Assembly: GCA_964619725.1 (NCBI GenBank)
Contig: CAZUFC010000126.1
Span: forward strand, 1-23,423
DNA: 23,423 nucleotides
DNA from: an uncultured bacterium
GTDB taxonomy: Bacteria; CSSED10-310; CAZUFC01
Direction: 5' to 3'
Part shown: positions 19,135 through 23,423 of the stretch, piece by piece
Position numbering within the stretch: the first letter of the stretch is position 1
Layout of the letters: every line of letters begins with the position of its first letter
Position numbers and translations under genes: made by a program
Notes under the pieces: model-generated
Database searches by the model: none
Told to the model about the DNA's origin: nothing
Seen by the model: only the letters and a program-made list of their open reading frames with translations

Positions 19135-19366
19135 AAGTAGAAGCGGCATCCTGCCGCTTTCCAAAAAGCTTTCGATATCGAGGAGCGCTAAGATAAACAA
19201 TCCAGACCCGTAAAAAACCAATGGAAACATTCAAAATCATACGGCGGCAACTCAAGCAAAAGGCAACCCCAAACGATCACGGCATAGTCAAGCCCATTGA
19301 ATGAGCCGCCGGACGTCATGGGATTAACGCCCGCCATGGGAACGCGTCAGGATGCCGCGTCTACTT
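19135..19366. repeat. Inverted pair of GTAG-type REP sequences (REPIN-like)
   Basis: AAGTAGAAGCGGCATCCTG (19135-19153) versus the reverse complement of 19348-19366 (AAGTAGACGCGGCATCCTG), 18/19 identical. Each unit is GTAG followed by its own hairpin. Confidence 0.8.
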
Positions 19367-19564
19367 AAGAAGAAAAAGCATCAACGCCAGAATTTTTGAA
19401 GCTTACAAAAGGACAGAAGGGAGTCTGGAATATAAAATCATTTGCATAAGCAAAATCCGGCAGCTGAAAATTTAGCGTCTCAAAAAAGAAAGGGAAATTA
19501 CTTCGTAGTGACGCGACAGAGCTTACTTGTCATAACGCCGGCTGGAGCAGGCAAGAACTAGAAC

Positions 19565-19695
19565 AAGGATGCCGGAGAAAGGTTTTGAGGGGAGGGGTTC
19601 AACCGGTCGCCGGCATCCTTAAACTTTGTTTTAATTTTCATTGAACGGCTTATACGATGCGGAACTGCTTCAGGATTAATTACAGCCGTTCAATG
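19565..19695 (-). terminator. Two adjacent long-loop hairpins downstream of the beta-helix gene (terminator or structured 3' UTR)
   Basis: AAGGATGCCGG/CCGGCATCCTT (19565-19575, 19610-19620) and CATTGAACGGCT/AGCCGTTCAATG (19639-19650, 19684-19695). Confidence 0.5.
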
Positions 19696-19712
19696 GCCGT
19701 TATCTTTTCTCA

Positions 19713-22700
19713 TCAGTAATCCAGAAGCGTGTCCGCATTAAAAATCAAACAGGGATAATGGAATCCCATATCCGCGATTCCTAAGTCCATGACCTGGTTT
19801 GAACTCGTGGTTAAATCATTCAGACAAGTTAATGCGGTATCCGATTCCCAGCAGATGTTTTCCGACATTCTGTCCCCGCTGTCGATGCATGGACTGTTGA
19901 TCACCTGTCCCGCACTTTGACGGCTCAGGTAATAATCGCCGCAGGGACCCGGAACGAAACGGGGGTCTAAACTGATGTTTGCTTCGCCTTTCCAGCCGCC
20001 CTGGACATCTGAGTATTCAACGGTAAGGACGGAATATCCCTGATCGATCGATTCGGGATAGTTGTCCCAGATGATGGAGTTAACGATAAGTCCGGCTCCG
20101 CCTGTATATAGAACTGCTCCCCCGGTTCCGTCTACAGCGTCGTTTTCAGCGAACAGACAGTTTACTAAAACCGGAAAGAACCCGCCCAACATTATTCCGC
20201 CGCCGTTCCCCGCATTATTATGTAAAAAAGCGCAGTTGGTCATTTCAGCATCCCATGACTGGCTGAAAACTCCTCCGCCTTTTGAGAACGCAGAATTATC
20301 TCTGAAAATGCAATTCAAAATTCGAGTATCATGCGACGAGTCCCATACATAGAGTCCTCCGCCGTCGTCTACGGCAGAATTGAATGAAGCCGCAGAATTC
20401 ACTATCTTTACTTCCCCGTTTCTGGAATATATACCGCCGCCTTTACCGGAAGCATGATTGTTTTCAAGCATCGTATTTTTAATTGCGACATCACAGGAAT
20501 TCAGGTATATCCCGCCGCCGTTGTCAGCGCTCTCGTTGTCTCTGATTAGGCTGCAGCTCAGATTCAAGCGCCCGCCGCAGCTCCTGACTGCCCCGCCTGA
20601 GCCGTCATACGCCGTGTTGTTTTCCATTATGCACTCAGTTAAAGAAATTTCGGATGACCGGGAGTGAATACCTCCACCTTCCTCTGCCACGCCGTTTTTC
20701 AGTGTTAATCCGAATAATTCTGCCTCTTGTGAATTATGGCCGATGAAAATTTGAGCTGTTCCGCCGGCATCCAGGTCGGTGCGACGGGGACCCCGGCCCT
20801 GAATACGGACATGACTGATCAACGGTAACGGGAAATATTCACCGGTCGTTTCGTAAGAATATACGCCCGTAGCCATATTTATCGTTACCGGCGCAGACGC
20901 GCTTCCGTAGACCTGGCTCAAGGCGCGCCTTATCGTTTTAAAGGGTGTTTCCCAGGACAATCCGTCATTCGTGTCGTCTCCGTTTTCAGCCACATAAACA
21001 TCCTGAGTGATCGGCGTCAATCGTGAAATTCCCCCTGTCAAATCAAAAAATACTTGCGGCGCCACATAATAGTCCGAATGCATATAACCCTCAAAAATGT
21101 TGTAAGTTGCGTTTATTCCCGAATTATGAGAACAGATATCGGCTCCAAAACCTGCCGAGTTCTCACGGTAATAACCGGTTTTTTCCGGCGATCCGCCGAT
21201 TACCGGGTCTGTTAATTCGGTACACATGACCGCTCCTCCGAACAGTCGCGCCCGATTGCCTGAAAAAATGCCGTTATATATGCGCGCATCCGCCCGGTCA
21301 GCCAGATAGATGGCTCCTCCGCTGCCCGCCATGCACCTGTTGTCCTGAAATATGCAATAACTGACCAGCGGCTCGTTGTTTCCCCCCAGATACAATGCCC
21401 CGCCGTTGCTTGTCGCTTCATTGCCCAGGAAAAAACTATCCGTTATCTCAGAATTAACGCTCGAATCAATATAAATGGCTGCGCCTTCATATCCCCTGTT
21501 ATAGATAAATGTGCAGTTTTCAATTTCCTGACGGCAATCCAAAGAATAAACAGCGCTTCCTTCATTGTTGTAAAACCGGCACCGGGATATAGTAATCGGC
21601 GAACGGTACAGATGCATTCCGCCTCCATGCCCTTCTGAACTGCCGTTTCTTATCGTCAAATCGGAAAAAGTCAACACCTCATCCCAGACGCCGTGAAATA
21701 CCCGGTCTGTTCCTTCCGCATCAATGACCGTCATATCAGTTTCTCGACCTGAAAGGCAGACTCGCTTCACTAAAGGCAATGGAAAACTCTCTCCCGTCGC
21801 CGACGGTGAATATATTCCCTCATCCAGATGTACGTTCGCCGGATGATAATATGTCGAGTGCACGCGGCTGAGCGCATGCCTGATCGTCTGAAAAGCCGTT
21901 TCCCAGCTCAATCCGTCATTATCGTCGTCTCCTGCCGGCGATACGTATACGTCCTGTATGACAGGCGTCATCAGAGACTCGCATTCGGCAAGATCGAACG
22001 AATTCCAGGATGTCACATAGTAATCGGAACAGTGCAAACCCGCAAAAGTATTGTATCTTGCATCAACCCGGGAAATGCTTGTACTGAAAAGGTCTGCTCC
22101 CGATGCGGCGATATTTCCCTCAAAATAGTTCCCTTCATCAGGAAAACCGCCGATGATGTTGTTCCATGCTTTTTCAACATATATTCCGCCGCCTTCATAG
22201 CGGGCCCTGTTTCCCGTTATCTCGCAATTCCTGACATACATATAACGGCAAAATATCGCTATGCCGCCGCCGTACGTGGCGCTGTTGTCCGCAATCGTGC
22301 AATCCCTGACCAATGCCGCTGCCGGCACGTCATTTTTTCCGTAAATGCCGCCGCCCCAATTCGCACTGTTGTCCGCTATCGTGCAGGAATATAAATCAGG
22401 AAATCCGCCCTGAAAATATATGCCGCCGCCCTTCTCAGCCGTTCCCTCCCTCAAGACGCACTCGCGTATCTCAGGCGATGAATCCTCACAGTAAATCGCT
22501 CCGCCCGCTGCATGCCGGATCGTGAATCCCTGAACCACTGAATCGTTCGTCTCGCCGCTCCTGAATACTATCCCGCGCCCCAGTCCCTGACATTCAATCT
22601 CACAACTGCTTGCACCTGATGCCGACTGAAGCGTTACGGCTTTACCCATGAAATCTATCTCACGGTTCTCCTCGCCCACATAAACGCCCTCCGATACCAA

Positions 22701-22844
22701 TACGGTGTCGCCGTCCTGCGCAGCTTCAATGCCGGATTGTATCGTGGGAACCTCTGACGGCACATGCCACACTTCACCGTAACTTATGGCCGGAACTATC
22801 GCCAAAAATATCCAGACTGCTGAAAAATTCGTTAACCATTTCAC
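19713..22844 (-). CDS. Secreted right-handed parallel beta-helix (pectin-lyase-like / Pmp-repeat) protein with two DUF1565-like caps (1043 aa)
   Basis: AAGGAGGAG RBS before a GTG start and a signal peptide. VPSEVPTIQSGIEAAQDGDTVLV at the N-terminus, many GGGI/GGAI + FxxNxA repeats, two DVYV..GDD.NDGLSWET.F.TI motifs, and a C-terminal DMGFHYP. Confidence 0.93.
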   Translation of the reverse strand: MKWLTNFSAVWIFLAIVPAISYGEVWHVPSEVPTIQSGIEAAQDGDTVLVSEGVYVGEENREIDFMGKAVTLQSASGASSCEIECQGLGRGIVFRSGETNDSVVQGFTIRHAAGGAIYCEDSSPEIRECVLREGTAEKGGGIYFQGGFPDLYSCTIADNSANWGGGIYGKNDVPAAALVRDCTIADNSATYGGGIAIFCRYMYVRNCEITGNRARYEGGGIYVEKAWNNIIGGFPDEGNYFEGNIAASGADLFSTSISRVDARYNTFAGLHCSDYYVTSWNSFDLAECESLMTPVIQDVYVSPAGDDDNDGLSWETAFQTIRHALSRVHSTYYHPANVHLDEGIYSPSATGESFPLPLVKRVCLSGRETDMTVIDAEGTDRVFHGVWDEVLTFSDLTIRNGSSEGHGGGMHLYRSPITISRCRFYNNEGSAVYSLDCRQEIENCTFIYNRGYEGAAIYIDSSVNSEITDSFFLGNEATSNGGALYLGGNNEPLVSYCIFQDNRCMAGSGGAIYLADRADARIYNGIFSGNRARLFGGAVMCTELTDPVIGGSPEKTGYYRENSAGFGADICSHNSGINATYNIFEGYMHSDYYVAPQVFFDLTGGISRLTPITQDVYVAENGDDTNDGLSWETPFKTIRRALSQVYGSASAPVTINMATGVYSYETTGEYFPLPLISHVRIQGRGPRRTDLDAGGTAQIFIGHNSQEAELFGLTLKNGVAEEGGGIHSRSSEISLTECIMENNTAYDGSGGAVRSCGGRLNLSCSLIRDNESADNGGGIYLNSCDVAIKNTMLENNHASGKGGGIYSRNGEVKIVNSAASFNSAVDDGGGLYVWDSSHDTRILNCIFRDNSAFSKGGGVFSQSWDAEMTNCAFLHNNAGNGGGIMLGGFFPVLVNCLFAENDAVDGTGGAVLYTGGAGLIVNSIIWDNYPESIDQGYSVLTVEYSDVQGGWKGEANISLDPRFVPGPCGDYYLSRQSAGQVINSPCIDSGDRMSENICWESDTALTCLNDLTTSSNQVMDLGIADMGFHYPCLIFNADTLLDY

Positions 22845-22926
22845 AATGTCTCCTCCTTAAAGATATAATCGTATAGTTTGTTGCCTGTTTTTATCGATAC
22901 ATGAACCGAAATCGTCCTACTTTTAT

Positions 22927-22942
22927 ATCAATATCCATGCCA
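22927..22942 (-). promoter_or_regulatory. Candidate sigma54 (-24/-12) promoter for the beta-helix gene
   Basis: Minus-strand TGGCAT-GGATA-TTGAT versus consensus TGGCAC-N5-TTGCW (GA instead of GC at -12), ~80 bp upstream of the start codon. Confidence 0.45.
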
Positions 22943-23031
22943 GCTTTTTTCGAATTATGGGAAATTGTTGTAATTTAATATAAACATTATGATTTTGTGC
23001 TTTCGTCTTTAACATCTCCGCAGCGTGGAAA

Positions 23032-23178
23032 TTCAAAAATTTTGAATTTTTTTCAAATTTTTTGAACTCCCGATTGAGTTGATCAAAACAATTTTGAATT
23101 AAAAATCAATAAAATCAATTACTTGAAAGGTTTTCTTTGAGTGCCGGATAAACGGAAAGGGGGGTCAAATTTTTTGAA
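23032..23178. promoter_or_regulatory. Three TCAAA-N-TTTGAA palindromic boxes and an IHF consensus site
   Basis: TTCAAAAATTTTGAA 23032-23046, TTCAAATTTTTTGAA 23052-23066, GTCAAATTTTTTGAA 23164-23178. AATCAATTACTTG 23113-23125 fits WATCAANNNNTTR. Confidence 0.55.
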
Positions 23179-23225
23179 TTTGCGCTATGAATGACTGGCA
23201 GCCGGTTTTCGCACAGCATATTTAG

Positions 23226-23367
23226 TTTTTGTCCATAAACGGCGAATTTTTCCCCAATACTGCGTCAGTCTTCGGATTTGCTCAGTCAAAGTATAAGCGC
23301 CGCCCCTGCCTTGCAAATCCTTACCATCCTTGTCTTAAGAAAAATTCGCTCGTTTATGGATCAAAAA
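23226..23367. mobile_element. Putative ~140-bp MITE with ~26-bp terminal inverted repeats
   Basis: TTTTTGTCCATAAACGGCGAATTTTT (23226-23251) versus the reverse complement of 23340-23367 differs by two 1-nt indels. Inner stem GGATTTGC/GCAAATCC (23274-23281, 23313-23320). Confidence 0.6.
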
Positions 23368-23371
23368 TCGC

Positions 23372-23423
23372 AGTGACTGTCCAGCATTAAATTTTGAATC
23401 GACAATCGAGTTTGTGGACAGTC
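23372..23423. repeat. Short dispersed repeat with terminal inverted repeats, right copy (truncated at window end)
   Basis: GACTGTCCA (23375-23383) and TGGACAGTC (23415-23423) form a perfect inverted repeat. Direct-orientation copy of bases 1-41. Confidence 0.9.

Noticed and set aside
18689-19255. Small ORFs of 60-79 aa between the TIGR00341 and beta-helix genes, and the ORFs at 10537-10752 and 12759-13055
   Set aside because: They lie across or beside repeat elements and have no convincing RBS or protein motifs.
1-23423. Circular element (plasmid or phage) suggested by matching ends
   Set aside because: The overlap has two mismatches in 41 bp and is itself a TIR-bounded repeat. No replication, integrase or phage genes are present.

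Overview
Bacterial genomic window, probably a whole contig because both ends break inside the same short repeat. It holds seven well-supported CDSs and no rRNA, tRNA, CRISPR array or transposase. Three genes encode large exported or surface proteins: a 3286-aa adhesin-like protein (three ~737-aa modules of 10 FG-GAP-like repeats plus an FN3 domain, then Ig-like domains and a C-terminal IPTL-CTERM-like signal), a 734-aa protein, and a 1043-aa beta-helix protein. The other four encode a DUF4380/mutarotase-like protein, an orphan CheR-type methyltransferase, a B12-dependent radical SAM enzyme and a TIGR00341/DUF389 membrane protein. The most unusual observation is in the 734-aa protein: an IPTL-like sorting signal plus a second signal peptide sit inside its N-terminal carboxypeptidase-regulatory-like domain, which suggests anchoring by processing and split-domain complementation. 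The divergently transcribed radical SAM enzyme appears to carry a C-terminal RRE/PqqD-like domain, with no obvious precursor peptide nearby. Intergenic DNA is rich in small inverted-repeat elements (MITE-, REP- and REPIN-like). All family calls come from motif recognition by eye, not from database searches.
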